From: Chrysomallon squamiferum
Lineage: Eukaryota; Animalia; Mollusca
Direction: 5' to 3'
Length of the DNA stretch: 64,000 nucleotides
Assembly (NCBI GenBank): GCA_012295275.1
Contig: CM022676.1
Span: forward strand, 9,486,001 to 9,550,000
Shown: positions 1 to 14,400 of the stretch, piece after piece
Position numbering within the stretch: the first letter of the stretch is position 1
Layout: each line of letters opens with the position of its first letter
Notes under the pieces: model-generated
The model's database searches: none
The model's input: the letters and a program-made list of their open reading frames with translations, nothing else
Told to the model about the DNA's origin: nothing
Made by a program: the position numbers and the translations under genes

Positions 1-121
1 TGCAGTCGACACCGGCAACAGAAGCAGGGGAGATAAAGAGAACTGCAAATATTTCTTTAATCATACTGAAAGGGAAAACAAAAAATTAAAATGTATTATA
101 TAAATTAAAAAATGTCCATAT

Positions 122-198
<77 letters not shown>

Positions 199-880
199 CA
201 CGCCTTTATAGATACATTTACAAACAAAACTGTGCGCCTCAATTACAAAACAGCTTATTTGCTTTTCAAATAATTTTTATTTATCAGTCTTTGGTAACAA
301 ATATATGGCAAACGAACTGAAATATCAAAAAAAAAAAAATATCGTTTTTCCACCCATCTCGTTTTCTCTATAAAATTCATGACGTTTACTACAATTGTAA
401 AATATTCCAGTACAGAGAGACAGAAGGTAATTAAATTTCCTGAACATAATTTTTATTAAGATGAATGGGCGTTTAACAGTGGCAAAACTACTTCGGCTAT
501 GACGTACAATGCAGGTGTATCAAATGACACTGACAATTCTTGTAATGGATCACGTGTTTGTTGTTACCATCGTTTTTCCTTTAATTTGATAAACGCGAGC
601 ATACAAAAAAAAAAAAAAACACACAGAAGAACAAAAACAATTAATTACTAGTTCATAAAAAATAATAATAATCATTAATATTATTATATAATAAAAATCA
701 TTCCTTTACCTTTTCGAACTATTCTAACCAAATCTTGCTTTTAGTTCAGGCTGTGCGAGCTGCTATTTATAGGATTTAACCCCAGATCGAGGCGAAATTG
801 ACGTAAATCTCAGAAGCTGACTTTCCCCGTGCTCAACCAAAATGTCGGGCGATGCGACAGAAAAAGAAATTAACATTATA
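1..880 (-). other. Possible 5' exons of a divergently transcribed gene continuing off the window
   Basis: GC-richer block at 710-880 ending in a minus-strand donor AAG|GTAAAG (~709), plus a minus-strand acceptor TTTGCAG at ~43 opening a GC-richer block at 1-42. Confidence 0.3.
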
Positions 881-952
881 GGCATTCGTAAATCAAACTC
901 TAATTTCACAGCTACACAAGTCGATGAAAAGAAAAGATTTACGAAGATCTGT

Positions 953-991
<39 letters not shown>

Positions 992-1715
992 TTGATGTTA
1001 TATTAACAAATATGAACTTTAAAATATAATTTTTTAAAATGTTAATAACAAACTGGTGTCTAACGAACCCAAAACAAGCAATTTTGATCCGCACGTTTTA
1101 TCCAGTTTATGAAGAGATAAAATAAAAATTTAATTTTCACAGTGCAGAAAACTATATCTTGTTTTAAATATTTTTTTTTAGAAATGCCGCAAGAAATATG
1201 GGATGGGTTTCGGGAAATTCAGAATTTGGGTTCATGATTAAAGTCGTACTTCTTTTTCTTTTTTTTTTCATATTGTTTTTCTTTTTCTTTTTTTATATTA
1301 GCGAATTGACTTATAGTCTGTATCAGTCTGTAAAACATTTCCTTCTTCATGTTTATTTTAACAACAAATAATTATTTTAATTTACACTTTCGCCTTTAAA
1401 ATAAAACATAGGCCTACATGCAGATGTTGCACGTGCAGATACTAATTATAGTTTCTTAAATGGCGATCATTAATATAAATGCAAACAATTTATGTTTAAC
1501 TGTTCAGAAAATTATTATCGAAAAGCAGTTAGAAATTCAGTATAGCTAATGTAATATTAAAACCCTGTTAAGTTTAATATTTAATATAAAGAGATTCAAG
1601 GAAACTAGATTAGATTTTTATTATAATTTATAACGTTTGGATAGTCTTTTCAGAAGCTATTGTATTTTGACGGAGGGGAAATAACTCTAACCGCTAACAT
1701 GCGTTAAATATAAAC

Positions 1716-2271
1716 ATGGCCAGTTCTTGTGCAGGTGCTTGTTCGATTTTTCTTATCTTTAATTATTTTTACACTGAAATTATCATACAGACTTCTTAAT
1801 TATATGACGTATATATTTACATCATTTTAATAACTTAAATCAAAACTAGTATTTTAAATAAATTATTTTGAATTTAAATGTGTATATTATAATATTCGGA
1901 GCACGTGGCCATGGCCCATGTTAAAATTTAACAATCATAATCGTAAACCAACTAATTATAATTTCTTACTTCATTATTTATTATTTCAAAGAGACTGCTA
2001 AAATTAAAATATTATATTTTTTTTTACGAGTTGGATAAAATTATGAAAATGACTTTAATTTTTCTATACTTGTAAAAGTTCTTCAGTAATATTTATTTAT
2101 TTAAAATATTTCTTTGTTTATTTATTTATTAAATTGAAACTTAATTAATAAAGGATTATATTTTCCTTTAAGTGTATAACTTCATTATTGTTTTTATTTT
2201 TGTAGTTCTGTAGATAGATAGGTAGATAACATAACATGTGAAAGGTTGAAAGTTTGATAATTCTTAATGCT

Positions 2272-2307
<36 letters not shown>

Positions 2308-5180
2308 TTATATATTTTTAAAAGGATTGTATAGGAGAGTTAAAGACAACAAGACTCCTATAGGAGACAGAATGAAACTTGTGCGTTACGCCTGGAGTTG
2401 TCAAAATGTCTACCTTCCTAACAAGCAACAAGTTCTCATTGACACAGTCTGCGGGTTTCTTATCACCAAGAACAGGCGAGTTTCATTATTAACAGTAACC
2501 TTACTTTATGTAGTTCCCTAGAACATCAAATTTGTATTTGTCATTTATGTAAACATATTTAAAATATCTAGATGCTGACAGTACTAAAAATCTTAGTGAA
2601 CTGACATAATGTACCCTTAGTCTGTAAAGGATAGTTACATCAGTATTGCCATGTTTTATAAATAAATGTTGTACTTTATTGTTAACAAAGGTTTGGGGGC
2701 AACAGTTACAAAGTGAATGTAGGGTATTTGTTCAAATCATAATATGTACACTTTAACAAGAAATAACTGGATAACATAATTCTAAAACCTTTTTTCTCTG
2801 CTGTTAGACACATTTCTATGGCAATTTAAAGAACATAATTATTCTGTTTCTTCATATATTTAGAGATACTATTTTTCATACTATTAGAGGCATAATTCAA
2901 TGAAATTGTATATAAAAAGATAATAATAATTGTACAAAATTTTTCATTTAGTTAGAAATGCTCTTCTGTGGAAATATACTGTGTAATACTTTTTTCATAT
3001 AATTAGACACTAGAGGTATTTTGTAGGGAAATACAACAAATATAATCATATTATTTGTTTCATAGTATTAGAGGCATATTGAAAATAATGAATATATAAT
3101 TAAACTTTTTTTTCATCTAGCTAGATACTTTTCTGTGGAAATACAGAAAATATAATTAGACTGTTTTTCGTACAGAAGTATATTACAGGTTATATAATAT
3201 CCATGAAGATGTAGACAAGTCTTTAGCTGTCTTTTAGCAGTGACAACTATTATCATTATCATCATGTTGTTGTAGAAAACATTTCTCAGATGAAGATTTA
3301 GACAAGTCTTTAGCTGTCTGTTAGCATTGACAACTATTATCATTATCATCATGTTGTTGTAGAAAACATTTCTCAGATGAAGATGTGCTACTGGTGTGGG
3401 ACTGTCTCTTGCAGCTTCTGAGGAAAGCAGTGTCTCAGTTCAGCAGTGGTCAGAGTCTGTTAATAAAACCTTCTCTCTGTCAGGTGAGTAGATTTTCTTT
3501 CAGAACTTGAAGTAGCTTGCTGTTTGTCACACGATCCCACTCAGCTGTAAATGAATATATAAAAATATGCTACTGTATACATAGAGCCTATATCAGGTAC
3601 CACTAGAGCTAAGCCAACTCTGGTAATAACCTGCCCAAGACAGATACATATATATATATACATAGAAACACTAGAAACACTAGAAACACAATAAACACAT
3701 ATAAACTGTATTAGCTCTAGCGCCAAACATTCAATATATCAGTATAGTACTAGAATAATGGTAATTTGTCACCACAATCACATAAGGGTTATACTGGCAG
3801 AACAGCAAATATATATAGAAATTTAGAGATCATCAAAATTCGTACCAAATTTATCTCAGTGTTTTGTATGGAGATGGAGTCAGCAAATATATATATATAT
3901 ATACAAGTAGTTATCCAGGTCCAACCTGAACTCTTGCAGCAAGTTCAGTGGACAGTGATCTGGAATCATTTCCATTCTCCCCAACAAAAAGAAAAGGGAT
4001 TTGCATTATCTGTCAGTGCATTCCGAAACCTTGCTGCTAGACGTCTGTCACCAGATCATTCTGTGGACCAAACGCTTGTGACACCTAGAGATCCTGAGAG
4101 ATGATAATTAATCCCATAATTCCACAGCTTTTTTGTCTGTTTGTCAGACTGAATCAACAGTCATCATGACAGAAGTGAAATTTTACAAGTGGCAGAGGAT
4201 AAAAGCTTTCTTCTGTGACACTATTCAATGCCATTGAAGTCAGAAAGCATGCTTGTCGTGGACGTGCTTCACAACAGCTTGATCTGATTAGCATGCTAAA
4301 TTTTTTTTCAATGTTCAAGTTCAACATTATTCAATGTTAGTTCTGTTACTAAACTTTGAATCCTGGAGTCAGTTTTCAAATTATTTGTGAACTAGCTCAC
4401 CAAATATCTTAAAATATGAAGTAATATTCTTTTTCAATGTTTTTTTTTTTCTCAGTTACTGAATTTTGAATCTTAAACTTCCAGCTAGTCTGAAAAGGCC
4501 CATGATAGTATATTGTTATATGAAGTACAGTTATGTTCAGTGTTTGGGTTTAAACTTTGAATATATGAGGTTGAAATTTGAACCAGTTAGAAATAATCCA
4601 CACAGTAACTTGTAATACGAAGTACTTAAACTTTGAATCCTAGAGATAAATTTCTAAGAGTTGTGAAATATCTTGCACCAAATATCTTAGAATATGAAGA
4701 ACATTCCTATTCAGTTTTTAGCTTGGATACTAAATTGAAATCCATTATCATGATTTTATGAAACTGAACTAGTTAAAAATGGCACAAGTAATATTGTCTA
4801 ATATGAAGTGCTGATACTAAATTTTGAATCTTAAATTTTAAGAACTGTGAAATATCTTACAATATAATGTACTTCATATTCTAAGATATTTGGTAAGCAA
4901 TGTTTAGCATTGATACTAAACAATATCAAGAAGATATTAAACTTTGGAATAAAGGCAGTTATTATAAAATATTAATATTTGAAGTTTTATATTGTTTTTG
5001 AAAATGAAACTAATATGAACAAAACAAATGTTTTTTTTTTTTTTATAGCTTATATAAACTTGTTTTTGCTAGAAATAAAAATTTATAAAATATTGTGATT
5101 AGAAGATTATCTATTGTGTTTAAAATAAAACTAAAATGAAAAATTTGAGATTAATGGATACCATATTCCTAAACTGAATG

Positions 5181-5220
<40 letters not shown>

Positions 5221-6166
5221 ATTTAAAAAAAATGTCTTGCAGATTCTGATTGACAGTTTGCAGAGCTGTGTTGGAACGGGAGATAACCAGACCTACATGG
5301 ATCATGTGATTGGCTGCTGTCTTGTCCTCCTCAAATCCCCAGGCCTGTCGTATGTGTTTACAACAAAGTGTGAAAATCTGGTAAGTTTTCAGTTTCATTC
5401 AAGGTTTTATTTTTACCTGAAATGAAAATAAAAACCCCGTATTTTAATTTTTTTTTTCTTTCCAATATAGAGAGTGGGTTGGAACTGAAAGATCATAGCA
5501 TTTTATAAGGTTGAAAGTGAAAGAAAATATTTACACATTTGTACATAGAACAAAAACAGCACACATATCGTTACTAAATCTGTTTTCAGTATCTCTTGAT
5601 AAATGGTACAAATTTTGTTCCAGTCTAAAATAATAAAAAAAACACCAATCATATTTAATATGGATGTATATATATGAAACATACGTACGTACTTTGTTCA
5701 AACATTTCTTATCACAAAACACACACACATTAAAAAATAAAATAAATAATAATAATAATAATGAAGAAATTATTCAGCAAGTTTGGAAATACCCCCCAAA
5801 AATATATATATATATATTTTTTTAAATATGCTTTGCTGAAGATAGAGGGATTAAAAAAAAAAAATCAATTATAAGAAAGTTTACAAAGTCTATGTAGACT
5901 TTTTGTTCACCATAGGTACATTTTAATTGTCTTTTAAAGTATCTGATCCTCTCTAAGGTCAGTTCATATCTTCGTTAAGGTTATAATTTGCAAATTTAAG
6001 GATCTTGTTCAGTATTCTTATTTCCAGTTCCAACCAGTAAGATGGAGCCATTTATCAAAAGCTGGGTTATGTCGATTCTTATCCTTGAGAAGTTGAATAA
6101 CACAGAATGTCCTTCTGATGATTCATATCTATTTGAATCATAGCAACATGATTCTTCTTCTTTTTT

Positions 6167-6210
<44 letters not shown>

Positions 6211-7453
6211 TTAATTATTTTGTCAGTATCTAATGTAATATTCATTTTCTAATCTTTATTACAGATTTCACTGCTTTCAATTCTCTGTCAGCTTTGTATG
6301 AAACTAAGTCCTACTTGTGAGAAATCAGCTCTGCTTGAACTTCTTGGTCATGTGACCATGGCTTGTAGCAAAAGTCTGAATATTCAGACCAATCAAAAGC
6401 AGGTCTGTATTTCTGACAGTTTTAATACTTGTATTTTTTAATAAGAGATTTGTATTTTGCAAATTATTCTTCTAAAATATTACTGTATGTATACTCTGAA
6501 GTGTTTCTGTACTTTTATTTTAAGGTTTTTAATTAAATGTTTTTTCAGGTTTTGCAGCTGGTTATTGACAAGTTGATGGTTTCTGTGATGACTTTTCTCT
6601 ACACTGTTACAGAGAATTGTGAAGATAAAGTTCTGTCTGATTTAGCCTGTAAAATGAAATCTGTTCTTGAGTTGGCTTTGTTTCACAAGTTAGTTGTTCT
6701 TCAGTTTGAAATTTAATTACATGTAAAGTTTATTATTTAATTATACAAATAACGTAATGATAATTTTATTTATTTCTTTTAATATATATATATTAATATA
6801 TATATATAAAATATATAGTGATTAAAAACAAATACAACTTCAGTACATCTAAGTGAAAATTTAATATTCTTTTTCCTTGATATTTACCTAAGGTAATACA
6901 AACAGCCTACTTTATTTTATTTCCATTTATATAATTTACTGCTGAGCACCATCCTTTGTTAATAATTAAGTATGACATCACTGTAACTAATGACGTTTAA
7001 AGGCAGATTAATATTTTCACTTATTTCATTGCATCATTTCATTTATGTATTTTTAAAAATTCATGATAGCTATGGGATTAATAAAAGCGTTTTATTTTCT
7101 TAGTGTTTTTACTACTTCTTAAAATGTATTGTTATGAAATAATCTTGGGAAAAAAAGAAAAGAAAAAATGTCTGCTTTAGAAAGTAAAATATTTGCTTCC
7201 ATTTTTTAAAATGATTATTTCTGCCTTCAGATTCTCTCTATCTAGTTAAATGTATCAGATATATTTTGACTTCATCTTTCGAACTATCTAACAAGTATAT
7301 TTAAAAAATTTAAATTTTTATATTTATAAAATAAACAAAATATACAAAATTTCATTGTTTTTCTTCCCAGTTTTCTTTCCTTATTCTTTATATTTCTGTA
7401 TACTTATATCTACCTTTCTTTCTTTTCTTTCTTTCTTTCTTTCTTTTTCTTTT

Positions 7454-7490
<37 letters not shown>

Positions 7491-10400
7491 TCTTGAGATT
7501 AATACCATTCTTCTTTTTTAATTTTTTAAAATTTAGAGATCATCAAAATGCGTACCAAATTTACCTCAGTGTTTTGTACGGAGATGAAGTCAGCAAATTT
7601 CAGCCCCCGAAGTTGATAGAGAATCTTTTTCACGTTTTTTCAGAACTCATCTCTGGCAAGGTTAGTCCTCTTTGTAGTTTATACAACTCTGGATTTGGTT
7701 GGATAAGCATTTTAGAATAATTTAAAAATAAGGGTTGTCAAGTACTAGGCATACAGAGGTAAGAATTCTAAGTAACCATGAAAATGGCCGTCCAGAATAA
7801 AATGATAATTTACCTCCATTTCGAATTTTTATTTTATTTTATTTTATTTTCTGTTATTCATCTTTAAAAAGAAATAAAAATTTCATATGATGGTTACAGG
7901 TGTGATAATTATGAACTGTAAGACATTCTATCAGTTTTTATTATTATTATTTTTTTTTTTTGGTACTATTATTATTACTGTTTTTATTGCTGATGATATT
8001 ATTATTATTTTATTACTATATTATTAATAATATTGTCAATTATTATTATTATTTTTATTATTATTATTTATTATTATTATTATTACTATTATTATTATTA
8101 TTATTTATTATTATTATTACCATTATTATTATTATTTATTATTATTATTACCATTACTATTATTATTATTATTATTATTATCATCATCATCATCATTATT
8201 ATCATCATCATTGTTTTTTTACCTTCCTATTTGTACACATTTTTCCCAAATGAAGAAAGAAAAATTTCACCTGACAATATTCTTGGTGGAGGTTTGATCT
8301 AATGAGTCTGATGGGAAAAGAAAAAGAAACATTTTTAAATCTTTACTAAATTATGTACATAAATTAAAAATGTCACTGAGCCTTTGAGGAGAATAAAACT
8401 CTTATTCTTTTAATATATTTCATTAATTATTTAATTTTTATTTTAATTTTTTTAATTTTCCATATATTATAGATTTCCATTATAATCACCGACATTTTGG
8501 CTATTAATTATTTAAGAGTTCTGTACTGTCAAATAAATGTATATTTTATAAACTGAAAATTGGTTTTTTTAATTAAAGAAATTATTGTTTATAGGTTCCA
8601 GTGAAACATTCAGAAATATCCTCTCAGTTGTGTCAGAATACTGTTTGCAGTTATCTCCCTTCGTTTTTCAAGGCCTACGTACATCACAACAGGTATATCT
8701 ATCTCATTATGTTGTTTTGTGACCCTGTTTAACAAAACTAGTCACACTTACCCTTTCCTTGAAGATTTGGCATTTGTAGAATTTGTTTGTTATATTAATC
8801 TTTTTGATTTCTTAAAATGTTAAAATTATGTTCTTGTTCATGTTTCTGTATTCCCTCTGAAATTCTTAATTTATGAAAAGCAGTCTTGTGTGTTTAATCC
8901 TGTCTGCAAGAAGGTAGATATAAAAAGATTCTTACTGCTAGTGATGACATATTTTTAATATCTTTGACAGCTGTTATGCTAAATAACACTATGTGCGTTT
9001 TGTTGAATATAATTTCAGCAAATACTATCTTTCATGTCTTTATGTAATCAGTCAGAAAGAATATTTACCTTGCACTTTATAACTGTTAAAATTAAAATAT
9101 ACTACAGTATTTTAAAATATTCATTTATTAAGTTTATTTATTATTAAATATTTTGTTGAATACATTTTCAATATACCTGTTCTCGTTCATATCTTTGTAA
9201 AATGTACATACAGATAGAAGATTTATATTATGCTTGATAATTGTTAAAATAATTTTGTTTTTGTTTTAATATTATTTTTTTTTTTAATTTTCTTTTTAAA
9301 TTCACTTATTATTAAATCTTTATTTTATTTATTTATTCACAGGAATAACTCTACGTTTTGTTTCAAAATGTTCATACACATCTGCGATTTGATTGGTTTA
9401 AAAGCAAACAGCAGTGACTTCAAGGAAGTACTTCCTGGGTCGCAGGTCATAAAGGTAGCTAACTCCTGCCTGCAAGAAGTATTGACGTCTGATCTGTACA
9501 TTGTTTCCATTGACAACACTTCTGGTCGAACACAGTTTTCCTTCTTTAAGAATTTAGTTGTTCAGCTACTGAAAATATCTAGGTTTGTGTATTTGTAATA
9601 AAAAATAATTTTAAAACTAATTTTTTTTTTTTTATATTTTATTTTATTTTATTTTTATTTTGTTTTTTTTTTTTTGTCTTTCTCTATGTCTGCATCCACC
9701 TTTCTTTATTCTTTGGTGATAATAAAATTACTAAAACTATTTGTTGTTTTAATTTCATCTTTTAGAAAACCTTTTTTGTGTGTGTGTAGAGGATTATAAA
9801 GAAATTCAGTAATAGCCATTTTTGTTCCTTGTTGATGTATTTCCCTGATGCATCCTAAAAAGGAACAGATTTCCAAAAATACAAATGTTTAAAAATCAAT
9901 TAAAATCTATTTACATTTCTCTTATTAGAACAAACACATGCAAATAAGAAACACTGAAATATATTTAGGTTCACTTTAATAATTTTATTTTATTTTTTTT
10001 TTCAGATGTCCATGTTGGCATAAGTGTTTAAGTACCATTCTGCAACTGAATCATGGGATACTAGAGCCTCTGATGACAGATGTTTTGACAAACGCCTGGA
10101 TGGACATAGACACAGAGAAAGATGATGTAATAATTAAATTATTATCAGTTGTTATCTTGTTAAAATATGAAAGTAAAGGTTAATAGGAAAGAATGTAGAT
10201 CATGGTCATAGAATTTTTTATTTTAATTTAATTTTTTTTTTTTTGAAGATTTGTATGATATCCCTAAATATGTTTCTTATTTAATTTAATTTTACTGATC
10301 TTGTTAATTATCGTCTCCATTATTCATTAATTCATCTTTGATGGGTTTTTTTTTTAGTCTTTTACTTTCTTCTTTTAATCCCTCCATTTCAACTTCCCTG

Positions 10401-11364
10401 CTTACAGCCTGTCTTCTCCTTGTGTTTCAAAATTAATTATCTCTTTGTTGAAAATTTATTTATGATAATTTGTAGAATATATTTATATTAACATTTGCAA
10501 AAAACAAAAAAACAAAAAAAATTTAAAAACAAAATCCCTCCAATATTTATTATTTATAGGCTTCATCAATGGCAGCCATGGAAGATTTTCTGTGTTGCTT
10601 AATTTCCACCTATTCCAAACTGCACCAGATTCCTAAATGGTTCAACTATGTTTTGAGTGCTATTAAAACAAACACTGCAGTCAAGCCCATGTTGTGTATA
10701 CCTGTTCGATTTTCAAACAGGTGAACGAATCAATTTTTAATTTATTATTGTTACTTTCTCAAAGTTTTGTTAATTTTTACATGGTGTTTTTTTTTGGTGC
10801 TAATATTTAATGATGAACTTGATGATTTTTTGTATATAACTTTATAGTTTTTGTAAGATTAATCTCTTTTTTGTGCATATTTGTGTCCGTATGATGTATG
10901 TGTGTGTGAATATGTGTATGGTTGTAGTTGTAGGTATGGTAGTATAAACATGGTTGTGTGCATTAAAAATAAACAACAATAATATTAAAAAACCAAATAA
11001 AATCAAACCACCTGAAATGACATAAGAGATTAATTTTTTTTTTAATGGTTTTCTTCAGATTTGGGCAGGTAACAGAATCTCTGCCACAGACAACTGTGCT
11101 GGAAGTGTGGACCAAACTAAATGAAGAAGTGAAGAGTTATCTAACTTTGATGTCAGACAATCAAGGTAAATGTCAAATAAAAATTTAATATTTTAAAATT
11201 TTTTTATTTCAATTAGCCATTTGAATTTTGCTTGCAGTATGAAATGAAAGCACATATATTTTAGAATTAAGTCTAATAAGATTTGAGCCCAGTAGTTAAA
11301 TTTCTTAACTGTTAAACCATTAACACAACTATTAGTGTTATAACATCATTGTACAGAAATAAAA

Positions 11365-11422
<58 letters not shown>

Positions 11423-14400
11423 GTCTCTCTCTGCAGTTTATCAGGTACTGGAATATAAATTCTTCCCAAATGAAGAAAGAAAATTTTCACCTGACAATTT
11501 AATTGTTGGAGGTTTGATCTAATGAGTCTGATGGGAAAATAAATAAAGAAAGACATTTTTAAACTTTTTTTCAAATAGCTGGTTAAAAATAAATTCATTT
11601 GTAAATTAGTTTAACTGAATAGACAGAATTAGTTTGACTCAGAAGACAAGCGAATTAGTTTGACTCAGTAGACAAGTGAATCAGTTCGATTCAATATGAC
11701 AAAATATTTAGTTTGACTCAGAAGACAAGTGGATTAGTTTGACTCGACAGTCTCAAAATGTTCTTGAAAAGTAACAATTCAAAGATTAACAATTAACTTT
11801 ATAACTAAATTCTGTTATTTAAATACTAATTACTATTTGATTAAGATAAATAACATAATCAAAATTTCTCTTTCAGAGTTTGACCAGTGGAGGAACCTGT
11901 CACAGGTTTGTCACATCTTTCACCACTTTCTGCACAGCGCCAAAGTAGCAGATTATTCCACAACAGAACTGACGACAGCTAAAGTTTATGACCTCATGGT
12001 TTCCACGGAAACCGACATTTTGGCACCACTTTTCAAATGCTGTTTAGAAAACGAGCAGGTAATTTACAGTGAGTGGGTTTAGTAAATACAGGTTCGGGAC
12101 CAATTATCCAGACTCCTTTGGGGCCTGAGGCATTCCAGATTTCTTGATTTTTTCCAGTTTTCTGGTACCAGTGCATATAAATATGTAAATAATTAGGCAT
12201 AAACATTTTAAAATCAAAAACATAAAGAAAATTGACAATACACAACTATTGCGACTCGACACGTAAACAATGCAATGAGTGAATGAACGCCACGTGGCTT
12301 GAAAGAGTAGTTCCAGTCTGGTGAGGACAACACCCGCGTGCGAACTATGAAAATAGCGTTGGGGGAAAAAACTTCTGGATTTCAGAACACCAGATAATTG
12401 GTCTGGTGCTTGTAATAGTAATAATCATAATAGTAATAATTGTGATAGTAGTACTGGTATTCATGATTTTTTTTAACACTAATACTACTACTACTAATAA
12501 TTAATAATTATTATTATAATTATTATTATTTAAAATAAATGATAAATAACAATAACACAATATCAACAAATATTTATTATCATTATTATTATTATTATTA
12601 TTAGCTCTTGAGTTACAATATTTTGATTTAATGATTAACATTATTTAAATTGAAAATTTACAGAACATAATTAATTTGCCACCAAAGATGTGTTAAAACA
12701 TTTATTATTACTACATTTTTATCTATTGCAGTTTCAACAAAATATTCAATTCATATTTGAAACTTTATAAATTTATTTGTGAATTAAATATATGAAATTA
12801 AAATAAGGCTTTGGAATACAATTTTTATGTTTATATATATTTTTTTTAATTCAGAAAGAAGACATTTTGACAGCTACACTTCTGCTCTGCACAGCTCATG
12901 GGGAACTGAAAATTCTGCTAGCTCTGTATAATGAGAAACACAGAGCCAGGATCGAGAAGCCAGCCACCGTTTCCCATCAGTCTGATTTGAGTCTCGTACA
13001 CTCCTACTTACCAGTGAAAGACTGGGGGAAACTTTTCACTAGAATTCTGCAGAGCACAGACAAAATACACTGGTATATGTTGGTAGGTTTTATTTTATTC
13101 TTCAGCAGAAGTGTAAATTTTTAAATAAATCCTTTCAAAAACTGTGTATTGAATTCTGAAATTATAAAAAGTTTCGTGCTGTTATTAAATTTTTGAGTAA
13201 ATTTTTGTTTAATGGCATTTTGCATGAATATTACTCTGAAAGTAAAAACAGCCCCTCAAAAAACATACATAAATAAGTAAATAAAAAAATGAAAAACAAA
13301 ACATGTAAACAAATAAATAAAAGTAAAAGTAAAAGAAAGAGTTTTTAAACCATGTCATTTGGTTTATTATTGTATGAGTTGAGATGGAGAGATCAGTGCA
13401 AATGTACATTTTTATTTCTTTCTGGTGTGAAACTGGGTTTAGTAAATAAGTGTTCAAAGGTTAATAAATAACTTTTATTATTCTTTCTGTTGTAGCATTA
13501 AATAGTTATTTAACCTGTGTAATATATATATATATTTAACCTGTGTAATATATATATATATATATTTTTAAATTGTCATTTCTTCCCAAATGATGAAAGA
13601 AAAATTTCACCTGACAGTTTAATTGGTGGAGGTTTGATCTAATGAGTCTGATGGGAAAAGAAAAAGCAACAATTAAACAAATGTTTTATAAAATATGATT
13701 TTTCCAATTATGAAACAAACAGCGAAACTGAGCCAGTAGCTGTCTGTACAGACCAGCTGATTTGTCTGTCGAATCAAATTAATTCATCTGTCTGTTGAAT
13801 CAAACTAAATTTTCTTGTCCATTGAGTCAAACTGATTCACTTGCCTGTTGAGTCAACTGATTCACTTGTCCATTGAATTGAACTCAATTTGTTGTCTGTT
13901 GAGTCATTACAGGCTTTCTTTTCTGTTGAGGCAAGATGACAAATCAAATATGGAGGATCGTTTTTTCATTTATTAGTTTTTAATTGATTCATTTTTTATT
14001 TATATACATATCCTAAAGAAAACTAATATACAAAACAGTCATCTATAATAAATTAGGACTATTTATATTTATTTGTTTGTATTAAAAATATATATATATA
14101 AAATATGATGAAATATAAACAAATAAAAATATTTTTTATTCTGAAATTTCCCAAATGATGAAAGAAAATATCATCATGACAATAAAATCCATGGAGGTTT
14201 GATCTAATGAGATGATGGGAATTGTTGTAGTTGTTGTTGTTCTTGATACTCATTATTACATCATCACCATCTTTGTTGTCATTGTTCTGTCATTATCAAA
14301 ATTTTATTTATATTCAGTATCATTTTTATTAAAATCATCATAATTTTTCTCGTTATCATCATCATCATTGTGGTCATGAAATAATCATCATCTCCATTTA

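Noticed and set aside
7960-8302. Poly-Leu/Ile/Tyr/His ORFs here, and similar ones across the window
   Set aside because: Translations of (ATT)n, (CAT)n, (TG)n and (CT)n microsatellites.
8295-8311. snoRNA guide as SNORD97-like (tRNA-Met C34)
   Set aside because: Only a short ATGAG core matches; the 18S A99 / U57 match is longer and obeys the D+5 rule.
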